Shown here: positions 35,956 through 45,531 of the stretch, one piece after another
How the letters are laid out: every line of letters starts with the position of its first letter
Position numbering within the stretch: the first letter of the stretch is position 1
NCBI GenBank assembly: GCA_041750285.1
Contig: JBGSZS010000018.1
Location: 192,001 to 256,000 of the forward strand
Direction: 5' to 3'
DNA: 64,000 bases
From: Candidatus Fermentibacteraceae bacterium
GTDB lineage: Bacteria; Fermentibacterota; Fermentibacteria; Fermentibacterales; JCC-6
Position numbers and translations under genes: made by a program
Notes under the pieces: model-generated
The model's input: the letters and a program-made list of their open reading frames with translations, nothing else
Database searches by the model: none
What the model was told of the DNA's origin: nothing

Positions 35956-38336
35956 CGGGCGCAGTTGAACTCCCGCAGGGTGTTGGCCATCTGACGGAGA
36001 CGGGCGTCGGCAAGCCCCATTACCGACCGGGGCGGGTATTTGCCGCCTTCATCGGTGACCCCCGCGGGGTGGCCGGTGAGCAGTTCAATGCCCTGGCAGA
36101 TCGTGGACACAGGGTATATCCTGAACTTGCCGGACCTTACAGCGTCAACCACTTCCATGTCGAGTTGAAGGTTTACAAGGTTCGAGGTGGGGATGAGCAC
36201 GCCCTGCGTTCCGGTCAGACCCCTCTCGCTGCAGAGCCTGAAGAAGCCCTCGATCTTCTCGTTCACACCCCCTATCGCCTGAATCTCGCCGAACTGGTTC
36301 ACCGACCCGGTCACCGCAAGGTCCTGCCGGAGAGGCAGGTTCGAAAGGGCGCTGAGCAGGGCGTAAAGCTCGGTCGAACTGGCGCTGTCTCCGTCCACCC
36401 CGCCGTAGCTCTGTTCAAATACTATCCCGGCGGTGAGGCTGAGGGGATAGTCGGAGGCGAAGCGGTTCCTGAGATAGCCTGCGATGACCTCGATGCCCTT
36501 GGTGTGTGTGGGACCGGACATTTCCGATTCGCGCTCGACGTTCACCAGCCCTTCCCTGCCGGGGGCGACGCTGACCGTTATCCGGGCGGGAAGCCCGAAG
36601 GCGTAGTCAACTCCGTGGTAGACGGCCAGCCCGTTCACCATTCCGACCCTGGAGCCCTGAGTGTCCACAAGCACCTGGCCGTCCAGTATGCCCTGAAGGG
36701 CGTGGTCGGCGGACAGGCTGAGGCGGAGTTTCTTCTCGGATATGGCCCTTTTCACGTCTTCGGCGGTGACGACCGTCCTGCCGCTTCGTGACGCCCAGTA
36801 GGAGGCCTGCCTGACGTAGTCTGCGATATGGTTGAACTCGAGGCTCAGCCTGTCCTGCCTGCCCGTTAACCGTGCCGCCTGTTCGCACACCATGGCCATT
36901 CCCGAAGGGTCGAGGGGCAGCAACTGCTCCTGGCTGGTTATGTAGGCGATCACCCGTGAGAAATCCATCAGGTTCTCGTCGCTGAGCACCATGCTGTCGT
37001 CGAAGTCGGCCCTGATACGGAACAGCAGGCCGAACTCGGGATCGTTGCCGGCCAGCATCATGTAAAGCCAGGCGGACCCGATCATAATGACCTTGACGTT
37101 GACCTCGACGGGTTCGGGCTGCAGTTCCACAGCGCCGAAGACACGCATCATGTCGGTTGCGCGGATGATCGCGGTCCGGTTCTTGAGGGTCTGGGACAGC
37201 GTCTGCCAGAGACCGGGGTAGCGCACGACGTCCATGGCGTCGAGTATGAGGAAGCCGCCGTTCGCCTTCAGGTAGGAGCCGGCGCTTATCATCATGTGGT
37301 CGCTGTAGGGCTTGTTCTCCACCATGATGCGGTCGATGGTGCCGAAAAGGCTTGACGGGTCGGGAAAGCTCTCGACAACCACGGGGCGGGTCTTCCTCTC
37401 CGAATTGTCGACGAGGAGGTTGACTTTGAACACGTAGTAGGGATCAGATTCGGAGGATTCCCCGGCGAACGCCTCGAGATTCTCCAGGATCGTGTTAGCG
37501 ACGCCTTCGGCGAAATCCTCGAGGGCTTCGCCTCCCCCTAGGTGTTTCAACTGGTCGGTAATGCCGACAACGGTTGGCCTCACCAACTCCACAAGAAGCT
37601 CATCCAGGGCGGTCTTGGCCTGCATGTCGTTGTCGTGGCTTCTCCTGAGCGCTTCGCTGAGCTTCTGGAACAGCTTCTCGTGCTTTTCCCTGATCTCGGC
37701 CATTTTCTCTTCGGTCAGCGCGCCCGCCGACAGCATCTCGCGGAGCTGCTCGTGGGTCACGGGCTTTTCGTCTATGACGGGCAGAACCTCGGGGCGGACC
37801 TGGCCTGAGGGAGTCGTGATGCTCACCAGGGCGAATCCCGCTTTCTGGGATTCGATGGTCACTGCCTTCATGAGGTCTTCCTTCTTTTCTGAAAAGCTCC
37901 TCAGAAGACGGCTTCGCTCTCCGGCGGTTCGCTCGCTCTGCAGGACGGCGGGAATGTTGCGTTTCAGAAGCTCGACGCAGCTGTCGATGGTTTCCCTGAG
38001 CTTCCTTCCGCATCCCGCGGGAAGAAGGAGAACCCTCGGTTTCGCCGAGTCCTCGAAGTTGTAGACGTAGCAGATGTCCTGCAGGGAGTCGGTGGTTATG
38101 TCGATCCTGTCGAGTATCCGCTTCACGGTGGTTTCCCGCCCGCTTCCGGGAACACCGGTGATGAACATGTTGTACCCTGAACTCGGGATCTCCAGCCCCA
38201 GCCGCACGGCCCCCACAGCCCTGTCCTGGCCGACTATCCTCTCGGTGGGCTTGAGCTCTCCGCTCGTCTTGAACCGGAAGCGCGACGGTTTGCACCTCCA
38301 CCTGAGATCGGCGGGCTTTACGGGCTTGATTGGCAT
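35952..38336 (-). CDS. LonC-type protease (AAA-like + Lon C-terminal domain)
   Basis: GQDRA, YVYNF, ANGGFL, NGLAV, FEQSYGGVDGDSASS, TGSVNQ..GGVNEKIEGF (Ser-Lys dyad). Confidence 0.92.
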   Translation of the reverse strand: MPIKPVKPADLRWRCKPSRFRFKTSGELKPTERIVGQDRAVGAVRLGLEIPSSGYNMFITGVPGSGRETTVKRILDRIDITTDSLQDICYVYNFEDSAKPRVLLLPAGCGRKLRETIDSCVELLKRNIPAVLQSERTAGERSRLLRSFSEKKEDLMKAVTIESQKAGFALVSITTPSGQVRPEVLPVIDEKPVTHEQLREMLSAGALTEEKMAEIREKHEKLFQKLSEALRRSHDNDMQAKTALDELLVELVRPTVVGITDQLKHLGGGEALEDFAEGVANTILENLEAFAGESSESDPYYVFKVNLLVDNSERKTRPVVVESFPDPSSLFGTIDRIMVENKPYSDHMMISAGSYLKANGGFLILDAMDVVRYPGLWQTLSQTLKNRTAIIRATDMMRVFGAVELQPEPVEVNVKVIMIGSAWLYMMLAGNDPEFGLLFRIRADFDDSMVLSDENLMDFSRVIAYITSQEQLLPLDPSGMAMVCEQAARLTGRQDRLSLEFNHIADYVRQASYWASRSGRTVVTAEDVKRAISEKKLRLSLSADHALQGILDGQVLVDTQGSRVGMVNGLAVYHGVDYAFGLPARITVSVAPGREGLVNVERESEMSGPTHTKGIEVIAGYLRNRFASDYPLSLTAGIVFEQSYGGVDGDSASSTELYALLSALSNLPLRQDLAVTGSVNQFGEIQAIGGVNEKIEGFFRLCSERGLTGTQGVLIPTSNLVNLQLDMEVVDAVRSGKFRIYPVSTICQGIELLTGHPAGVTDEGGKYPPRSVMGLADARLRQMANTLREFNCAR

Positions 38337-38392
38337 GTGAACCTCCCGGTTTGTGCGGACCTGCATCGGTAAGAATATGAAAAGAAACGGCT

Positions 38393-41179
38393 TCAGCCCA
38401 GTATCGGCCCGGGCAGGACCCCTGTGGCGGCAATCCGGGCGCCGGCCTCGGCCCTGCAGACGACCACCAGCGTTGAGCCTTCCCGCCGGAGCAGGAGTTC
38501 GGCGTCACGATAGAGGGGGGAAGGCAGGAAGACATCCTGTACGCCGGTCGGATCCTCAAGCATCAGGAATCCGGCGCCCCCGGGAAGGGAACGGCCCGCC
38601 ATGACCCTGCCCCACAGGCGCAGATTTCCCGCCCTTGACGCTTCGGAAAGGGGAAGCGTATCGGGGGGTCTTTCCAGCACCTCGAGCGGATGAAGGACGG
38701 TGGTTATCCCCATGACCTGCATCTCGGCCCTGACCCTGTAGGCCGGCGTGTATTCGGGAAGTTTCGGGGGGGGTACCCCCTCGGGGAACAGACCGGTTCC
38801 GCGGCTCTTCACTGCCCAGACGGCTTCGGGGCGGGCCAGACCCAGTTCGTCGAAACACCCGGCAACCGCCATTGCCGAGGCCAGAACCGGGCCGATCCCC
38901 GCGTCCCTGATCCCCGCCGGACTCCTGAAGGGTCTGGCTTCCCTCACTTTGCCGTATTCGCTCTCGCCCATCCCCCGTATCAGACACATGCCCAGCATCA
39001 GTGCGCCGTCCTCCGTTGCCCGGCACAGCCACCCGCCGGTGTTCACGCCGGGGGAAACGATTCTGATGCCCATGCGCCTGGCTTCCTCCACATAGACCGC
39101 CTGGGAGTAGAAACCCCCTCCCGCTGCCATGAAGGCCGCCATGGCACGGGCGGGACTGCGGGCCTTCAGGCCGGCGAAAACGCAGGCTTCCAACGCGTAG
39201 GTCATGGCGTGTGCCTTGCAGAACCCGTAACCTGCGTAACCCGATAAAAGCTCCCAGCCCCTCTGCGCAGTTTCCGGGGAGTGCCCGGCGGCAAGGCACA
39301 GATCCACGACCTCTTCCCTCTCTATCTGCCCGGCCTTCAGCCTCCTTCGCATCAGGTCACCCCGGGCCGACGGAAGTCCGAGGAGTATGCACGCCGCCTC
39401 GGACACGTCCTCCTGGTACAGCATTACACCCCTGTTCTCCCTGAGCAGATTCCTGAGGCAGTCAGGCGTCCGGGAGTCACCGCCGCTCCTGTATGCGGCC
39501 CGCCCCCCCCCGGCAGAGGCTCCAGGGCGAACCAGGGCCAGGGCGCGGGCCACATCCTCGACATCCCGTATCGTCATTTCCCTGAGAAGGGCTCTCATGG
39601 CGGGGCTTTCCACATGTGGAACGCCTATCGTGGCGCCTCTGTTGAGAAGGGCGAGGGTCGGAGCGTCGAGGGATTCCACTTCTCCCGCGAGTCCACCGAT
39701 CTCACCCCCCGAAGCGGCCGCAATTGCGGAAAGACCCCTGTGACCAAGCAGGTCCATCTTCAGAAGACCGATGAACTCAACCCCGTCCTTGTCGAACTGT
39801 GTCACCTCCAGTCCGCCAGTGCACCCCTGAAGAGGTATCCTGGAGGCAGCCGAGCCGTTGCAGAGCACCAGCCCGCACGGGTGGGGGCCGATCCCTGCGG
39901 GAAGCCCCTTCAGAAGCCCGGCGTTCTCCAGTATCGAGCCGTTGGTACCCCTGCGCCATACCGGTTCAGAAGGGTTCCCGGCAGCCCGGGCCAGAACCTC
40001 GACTTCGTCGGGGCCAAGACCCGACGCCGTGGCACTGAACCTGACAGCGGACCGGGAGCGGTAGCTTCCAATGGCGGAGACCGCCGCGGCCCGTCCGCCC
40101 CAGCGGTTCATCAGCCAGCCGAACACCTCGTCCCTCCTTGTGCTGTCGATGTCGAGATCTATGTCGGGCGGTCTGCTGCGGAGCGGATTGAAGAACCTGG
40201 GGAAGGATAGGCCAAAGCGGACGGGGCACACGGCGGACAGCCCAAGAAGCCTCGCCACGAGGCTTCCGCCCGCCGAACCCCTTGCAACGGCGAGTATCTC
40301 TTTCTCACGGCAGTAAGTGATGATCTCGTGAAAGGCCAGGAAATACCCGCAGAGGTTTGCGCCGGCCAGATCCGTGAACTCCTGGTCAAGCCTCGCCGAT
40401 GCCGCCCCGGAACCGCGATAAAGGTCAGCCAGCCGGGCGAGCAGTATCCCCCGCAGCCTCTCCGGATCATCGGGGCCCATGACGGGGGGATCGTAGGGCC
40501 TTTCCCGGGGCTCGCAAGCGGCTTCCTCGAGAAGAGCTTCGTTGGCCCTGACCGCCTCACGCGGCCATTCACCACCTTCAGGAAGCATCCTGAGGTGATC
40601 GGGCATCACATCGTGGCCAACCCATGGTTCGTCGAGGAGGAGATCGACCTTCCTGAGCATGCGGTGGACAAGCTTCGAATCAGCGCCTGCGAACATGCAG
40701 GGAGACGCCGCGACGGGCAGAACGCCCCCGGAAAGGTTGGGAGACGTCTCACCGGGGAGCACAGGATGGTAGATTCGGCCGCGAAAGCCCTCTGCCCTGA
40801 GCTTTGCGGCGCCCTCGAACCCGGTTGAGACAAAGGCGAACAGCCTGTCGGAATCTCCGATCGCCTGCTCGGGCGGAACCCTGCCGGGAAGATGGGTCGA
40901 GGTGATCAGACGGCAGAGCTGTCCCCAGCCTCCCTCAAGTGCTCCCGTGACAAGCATGCCCCCCGGGAGTGTGACATGGGCTCCGGGAATCACCTTCAAC
41001 CCTAGCCTGCCACAGGCCAGGACCATCCTGTGAAGACCGTACACACCCCCAAGGTCCGCCATCATGACGCCCTGAAACCCCGCTCTGTAAGCCGCTTCAG
41101 CGAGGGTTTCCGGGGTGTCGGTGCCGTACCTGAAACTGAACGCACTCTTCACCCACAAAAGGCACCCGGGAATCGCCAT
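38393..41179 (-). CDS. dnaE2: Error-prone DNA polymerase III alpha (DnaE2-like), compact and divergent
   Basis: Degenerate PHP domain, RGSAGGS, F.RF, PDIDLD, HPCG, KMDLLG, YQE, YGFCKAHA, GGFY, C-terminal OB fold FLMLED.TG. Confidence 0.85.
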   Translation of the reverse strand: MAIPGCLLWVKSAFSFRYGTDTPETLAEAAYRAGFQGVMMADLGGVYGLHRMVLACGRLGLKVIPGAHVTLPGGMLVTGALEGGWGQLCRLITSTHLPGRVPPEQAIGDSDRLFAFVSTGFEGAAKLRAEGFRGRIYHPVLPGETSPNLSGGVLPVAASPCMFAGADSKLVHRMLRKVDLLLDEPWVGHDVMPDHLRMLPEGGEWPREAVRANEALLEEAACEPRERPYDPPVMGPDDPERLRGILLARLADLYRGSGAASARLDQEFTDLAGANLCGYFLAFHEIITYCREKEILAVARGSAGGSLVARLLGLSAVCPVRFGLSFPRFFNPLRSRPPDIDLDIDSTRRDEVFGWLMNRWGGRAAAVSAIGSYRSRSAVRFSATASGLGPDEVEVLARAAGNPSEPVWRRGTNGSILENAGLLKGLPAGIGPHPCGLVLCNGSAASRIPLQGCTGGLEVTQFDKDGVEFIGLLKMDLLGHRGLSAIAAASGGEIGGLAGEVESLDAPTLALLNRGATIGVPHVESPAMRALLREMTIRDVEDVARALALVRPGASAGGGRAAYRSGGDSRTPDCLRNLLRENRGVMLYQEDVSEAACILLGLPSARGDLMRRRLKAGQIEREEVVDLCLAAGHSPETAQRGWELLSGYAGYGFCKAHAMTYALEACVFAGLKARSPARAMAAFMAAGGGFYSQAVYVEEARRMGIRIVSPGVNTGGWLCRATEDGALMLGMCLIRGMGESEYGKVREARPFRSPAGIRDAGIGPVLASAMAVAGCFDELGLARPEAVWAVKSRGTGLFPEGVPPPKLPEYTPAYRVRAEMQVMGITTVLHPLEVLERPPDTLPLSEASRAGNLRLWGRVMAGRSLPGGAGFLMLEDPTGVQDVFLPSPLYRDAELLLRREGSTLVVVCRAEAGARIAATGVLPGPILG

Positions 41180-41192
41180 TCCCGATTATAGC

Positions 41193-41416
41193 AATCGGGG
41201 GACACGCAATCTGGGGACACGGTACTTGATGGAAGGCATTCAACAAAGCACGACAGTGAACGGACACGGCATGAGTGACCATAGTCAAAGAGATGCAGCA
41301 CATGGTCTTACAATGGGAGTGCGCCGTCAGTGAATACGGGCAGGCAACGGAAAAGACCGAATGATCCAGGATATTGGCATCGTTTCACCCGGGATTGGCA
41401 TCGTGTCCCCCGAATT
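41193..41416. repeat. Intergenic element bounded by GGGGACACG inverted repeats
   Basis: TCGGGGGACACG (41195-41206) versus CGTGTCCCCCGA (41402-41413). Each end is tandemly doubled: second GGGGACACG at 41213-41221, ATTGGCATCGT at 41373 and 41394. Confidence 0.6.
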
Positions 41417-41891
41417 ACCTGCACTCCTCCATGCGGTAAAAGGGGATGGGTGTGCCGTCGGCCGTTCGGAGGATGCCTGAACCGGTGACGGCGAAGCCGC
41501 AGCTCTGGTAGGCGCGGATGGCACGGAGATTGGACATTCGCACGGTGAGGCGGACATGGTCGATACCCATTATGAACCTTGCCTCGCGGGTTGCCAGATC
41601 GATGGCCCTCCGTCCGATCCCGTGACCCAGAAGTGTGGGGTCGCCGATGATGATGCCAAGGGTTCCCTCGACGGAATTCCAGCGGCGGCGTTCCACCCAC
41701 ACGCCGCCAACATCCCGGCCGTCGGCGGTTATGATGAACCAGACGTATTCGTCACCCCAGCCCGAGAGGTCGGAACCGTTGAACGACTGGGGGCTCACCT
41801 TCTCCATGTATTCATGGGAGCCGATGGCGTCGCTCCAGGCCTGGAGATTGCCAAGATCCCTTTCGGTGATCCGTCGGATGAAGACCTTCAT
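41415..41891 (-). CDS. GNAT (RimJ/RimL-like) acetyltransferase
   Basis: LGIIIG..LGHGIG, V...NLRAIRAY..CGF. Confidence 0.88.
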   Translation of the reverse strand: MKVFIRRITERDLGNLQAWSDAIGSHEYMEKVSPQSFNGSDLSGWGDEYVWFIITADGRDVGGVWVERRRWNSVEGTLGIIIGDPTLLGHGIGRRAIDLATREARFIMGIDHVRLTVRMSNLRAIRAYQSCGFAVTGSGILRTADGTPIPFYRMEECR

Positions 41892-42031
41892 GACACCCCG
41901 ATGCGTTTTGTTTACCCGCGGGTAACCTCGAAATTTGGCCGTAACATACGGACGCCTCCGGTTTTGTCAACCAAGGCTTGAACACCCGGCCGGTATCATG
42001 GTAGATTCCTTCGAGAGAGAGGGGGAGGTGT

Positions 42032-42796
42032 TTGGCCGGATCATCGGACAAGGGACACTGGGACAGGTTCTGGAGCAGACCAAGGCGCCTGGAAGAGATT
42101 TACGACAACGACGACAGGATCTGCCGTGAAGCGACCCGCCGATTCCCAGTCAGGGGTCTTCGCACCCTCGAGGTGGGAGCCGCAACCGCCCGCGACAGCG
42201 CTTCACTGGCGAAGAACGGCGCAGTGGCCGTGGCGCTCGACTACTCGCACAAAGCGCTCGCCAGGGCCTCCGAAGCCGGGGGCGGGGTCATGCTGGTGTG
42301 CGGAGATGCCGAGGCCCTGCCGTTCCGTGACGGTGCGTTCGACCTCGTCTTTCACCAGGGGGTCATGGAACACTTCAGAGACCCCGAACCCATGACCCGC
42401 GAGTGCACAAGGGTCACCGCCCCGGGAGGGGTCCTTCTCGTCGACGTTCCCCAGACACTCCACCCCTACACCATCCTGAAGAAGGCACTCATGGCATTGG
42501 GGATCTGGTTCGCGGGATGGGAGACCCAGTACACCGTCAGAAGGCTCAGGGGGTTCCTCGAACGCCACGGTCTCGTTCCTGAAAGCGCTTACGCCCGTTA
42601 CTTCGCCCCTTCCCTCGCCTACAGGCTGCTCAGGGAAGTCCTGCTGCGCCTGGGAGCACGAATGCCGCTTCGTCCGGTGCTGATCCCTCCCGTGCACCGG
42701 TTGAGGAGCAGGGTTCGGTCATCGGTCGAGAACAGCGCTCTGGGGCTTCTGACCGGCTGCGTGATCGGGGTTTTCGCCAGAAAGCCACGGGCTTGA
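42032..42796 (+). CDS. Class I SAM-dependent methyltransferase
   Basis: LEVGAAT, LDYS, GDAEALPF, FDLV..GVMEH, PGG. Confidence 0.9.
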   Translation: MAGSSDKGHWDRFWSRPRRLEEIYDNDDRICREATRRFPVRGLRTLEVGAATARDSASLAKNGAVAVALDYSHKALARASEAGGGVMLVCGDAEALPFRDGAFDLVFHQGVMEHFRDPEPMTRECTRVTAPGGVLLVDVPQTLHPYTILKKALMALGIWFAGWETQYTVRRLRGFLERHGLVPESAYARYFAPSLAYRLLREVLLRLGARMPLRPVLIPPVHRLRSRVRSSVENSALGLLTGCVIGVFARKPRA

Positions 42797-43899
42797 GGAT
42801 ACTCGCCCTTAACTGGCGCGATCCGCTGAACCCCGAAGCGGGAGGCGCGGAGATCCACCTCCACCAGGTACTGAAGCGCGCTGTCGCCGCAGGGCACAGC
42901 GTTCTGCAGGTCTCGCACGAGGTGCAGGGCCTTGCCCCGATCCAGGGAATAGACGGGGTGGAGGTCCACAGAAAGGGACGCTGGTACTCCTACAACCTCA
43001 CGGTCCGGAGCTACTGCGAGAAACTGGGGCTCTCCTCCTTCGACCTCATCGTGGAGGACATCTGCAAGGTGCCGGTTTTCTCGCCCCGGTGGTCCCGGAC
43101 ACCTGTGCTGGCAGTGGTTCCCCACCTTTTCGGAACAACGGCCTACCGCGAGGTGGGTCCGCTGAAAGCGCTTTACGTGAACGCTCTTGAAAGCATGATC
43201 CCCCGGGTCTACAGGGGCTGCACCTTCGTGGCCATAAGCGGGAGCACGAAGCGAGACCTTGTGAGAAGGGGGGTTCCCGGGGAAAGGGTGCTTGTCATAC
43301 CGTGCGGGATGGACACCGGAACCTACAGCCCAGACCCCGGAGTGCCAGTCTCGCACGGGGTGTTCCTGTACCTGGGGCGGCTCAGGAAGTACAAGGGCGT
43401 TCAGCACGCCATAAGGGCGATCTCCATCCTCAGGGACAGGGGAGTAGCCGCAAGTTTGACTGTTGTTGGCGACGGCGAATACGCGGGAGAGCTGAAAAAC
43501 CTTGCAAAGAGGTTCGGTCTTGGGGATTCCGTCACGTTCACGGGCTTCGTACCAATATCGGAGGCTCTCCACTGGCTCAGAACCTGCTATGCAGCGGTGT
43601 TCCCCTCCGAGAAGGAGGGGTGGGGGCTAACCGTCATCGAGGCCAACTGCTGCGGAGCCCCGGTGATAGCCAGCCGTTCCGACGGCCTTACCGACTCGGT
43701 GCGCGACGGTGAAACGGGCGTTCTTGTACCCCACGGCGATCCGGCCGCACTGGCGAATGCAATGCAGGACCTGCTGGAAAACCCTGAGAAAAGGGCAAGT
43801 CTCTCTGCTGGAGGGCTCGAATGGGGGAGGTCGTTCCACTGGGACCGCACCGGGGCGGACATGATCAGGGTCATGGAGGCCGCTGTCAGCGGCCGGTGA
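42793..43899 (+). CDS. Glycosyltransferase family 4
   Basis: NWRD..P.AGGAE, LGRL.KYKG, EGWGLTVIEA, DGETG. Confidence 0.93.
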   Translation: MRILALNWRDPLNPEAGGAEIHLHQVLKRAVAAGHSVLQVSHEVQGLAPIQGIDGVEVHRKGRWYSYNLTVRSYCEKLGLSSFDLIVEDICKVPVFSPRWSRTPVLAVVPHLFGTTAYREVGPLKALYVNALESMIPRVYRGCTFVAISGSTKRDLVRRGVPGERVLVIPCGMDTGTYSPDPGVPVSHGVFLYLGRLRKYKGVQHAIRAISILRDRGVAASLTVVGDGEYAGELKNLAKRFGLGDSVTFTGFVPISEALHWLRTCYAAVFPSEKEGWGLTVIEANCCGAPVIASRSDGLTDSVRDGETGVLVPHGDPAALANAMQDLLENPEKRASLSAGGLEWGRSFHWDRTGADMIRVMEAAVSGR

Positions 43900-44596
43900 G
43901 AAGCCTTTCCGCAAGGAATGGCGGCAGACCGCACCTGCGGATCTCCTTCGCGGTGGTGTCAACCGGATAGGAAACCCTGAATCCCTCTGCCGTCAGGGTT
44001 TCGGTGTCCACCACCATGAACGACGCTGCAGGGTTGCCGTCTCGTGGCTGACCGACGCTGCCGCAGTTCACAAGGGTGTACTTTCGAAGGTCGACGGAGC
44101 CGGGAGTGGTCCGGATGGCCCCGTGCCCCCATGCGCAGGGGCGGTGGGTGTGGCCGAAGAACCATGTCTCGCCGGGGGTTTCCAGAAGGACCTCCCGGGC
44201 ACTCGCCGCCCCAAGTATGTACTCCCACGATCCCGGAGCAACGGGATTTGCGTGACAGAATCCCATCTCTTCCCTGACGAGGGTCAGGGGAAGACCGGCA
44301 AGCCACCGGGTTTCGGCTTCGCCGAGCTGCGTGTTCGTCCATAAAATGGCTGCGGCTCCCCACACGTTGAACCTCGAAAGCGGAAGGAGCCCCGCGCAGC
44401 CGTGGTCATGATTGCCGGCAACCACCCCGTCGCACGACTCCCGCACAAGGGCGATGCACTGGGATGGCCATGGTCCGTAACCCGTTATGTCGCCGAGGCA
44501 TATCGTGCTGTCGCAGCAGGTCCCGGCCGGGTGCTCGAGAACCTTCTCCAGCGCGGGCAGGTTGCCGTGTATGTCACTGACTATCCGAAGCCTCAG
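43886..44596 (-). CDS. Metallophosphoesterase (YfcE/MJ0936-like); CTG start
   Basis: Extending the listed ORF upstream gives SDIHGN, CLGDITGYG, then GNHD, HA, GHTH, N.GSVGQPRD. Confidence 0.9.
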   Translation of the reverse strand: MRLRIVSDIHGNLPALEKVLEHPAGTCCDSTICLGDITGYGPWPSQCIALVRESCDGVVAGNHDHGCAGLLPLSRFNVWGAAAILWTNTQLGEAETRWLAGLPLTLVREEMGFCHANPVAPGSWEYILGAASAREVLLETPGETWFFGHTHRPCAWGHGAIRTTPGSVDLRKYTLVNCGSVGQPRDGNPAASFMVVDTETLTAEGFRVSYPVDTTAKEIRRCGLPPFLAERLLTGR

Positions 44597-44999
44597 TGCC
44601 CTTCCCCCCGTCCTTCACGAGTACCCTGTGAAGCACGCCGTTCACGAAGGCGCCCGCTCCGGGCTGGTCGAACTCCTCGGCGATGCGGACCGACTCCCTG
44701 ATTACCACCGGAGCCGGAGTGCCCACGTAAAGGGCCTCAGCAACAGCCTGTTCAAGCAAGAGCCTCGTCACGAGCGACAGCCTGTCCAGCGACCAGTTCG
44801 ACAGCGCCGCCCCGATCTGACGCGAGATATCCGAGCTGTGCTTCACAGAGGCCTCGGCTATGCTTCTGATCCAGGTTCTGGTCTCGTTGTCGAACAGACC
44901 GCTGAAGCCCAGATCGTCGAGATTGCCGGACACCGTGGCGCCATTGAGGCTGGCGGCGTACCGGCTTTGAAGAAGGAACTTGCGTGCCCTCGAGCGCAT
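44574..44999 (-). CDS. nusB: Transcription antitermination factor NusB
   Basis: RSRAR..LQ..Y, NWSLDRL, P.PVVI.E, FVNGVL; follows ribH. Confidence 0.92.
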   Translation of the reverse strand: MRSRARKFLLQSRYAASLNGATVSGNLDDLGFSGLFDNETRTWIRSIAEASVKHSSDISRQIGAALSNWSLDRLSLVTRLLLEQAVAEALYVGTPAPVVIRESVRIAEEFDQPGAGAFVNGVLHRVLVKDGGKGTEASDSQ

Positions 45000-45006
45000 C
45001 CCCACG

Positions 45007-45531
45007 TTATCGGCCCGCCGGTTCTTCCATCGTGTCCTCCCCTGATTCGTCAAGGTCGGAGAAACCGTAGACCTGACGGTAGAGGTTGACCATCTCAAGG
45101 GCGGTGAGCGCCGCGTCGAAGCCCCTGTTCCCGCTCTTCGCACCTGCCCTGTCTACGGCCTGTTCAACGGTGTCCGCCGTAACGATGCCGTAGGCTACGG
45201 GGATCTTCGCGTCCATTCCCGCCTTTGCGACTCCCTTGGCGCTCTCCGCCGCCACGAAATCGAAGTGGGGGGTTTCACCCCGTATCACCGCGCCAAGGCA
45301 GATGACCATGTCGAAACCGCCCGAATCTGCTAGCCTTGCGGCCATTGCCGGTATCTCCCATGCGCCGGGAACCATGAAGACGTCCATGTCACCGTCTTGA
45401 ACGCCGTGGCGAAGAAGGCAGTCGGTGGCGCCTTCGAGAAGCTTCGAGGTGATGAATCCGTTGAATCTCGAGACTACGAGGGCCGCCTTCAGACCCTCAC
45501 CGTCGAGTTGTCCCTCATGAATCCATGCCAT
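45007..45531 (-). CDS. ribH: 6,7-dimethyl-8-ribityllumazine synthase
   Basis: [27 protein letters not shown]. Confidence 0.97.
   Translation of the reverse strand: MAWIHEGQLDGEGLKAALVVSRFNGFITSKLLEGATDCLLRHGVQDGDMDVFMVPGAWEIPAMAARLADSGGFDMVICLGAVIRGETPHFDFVAAESAKGVAKAGMDAKIPVAYGIVTADTVEQAVDRAGAKSGNRGFDAALTALEMVNLYRQVYGFSDLDESGEDTMEEPAGR

Noticed and set aside
41230..41333. Small ORF inside the 41193-41416 element
   Set aside because: Atypical codon usage, no SD and no recognisable motif.
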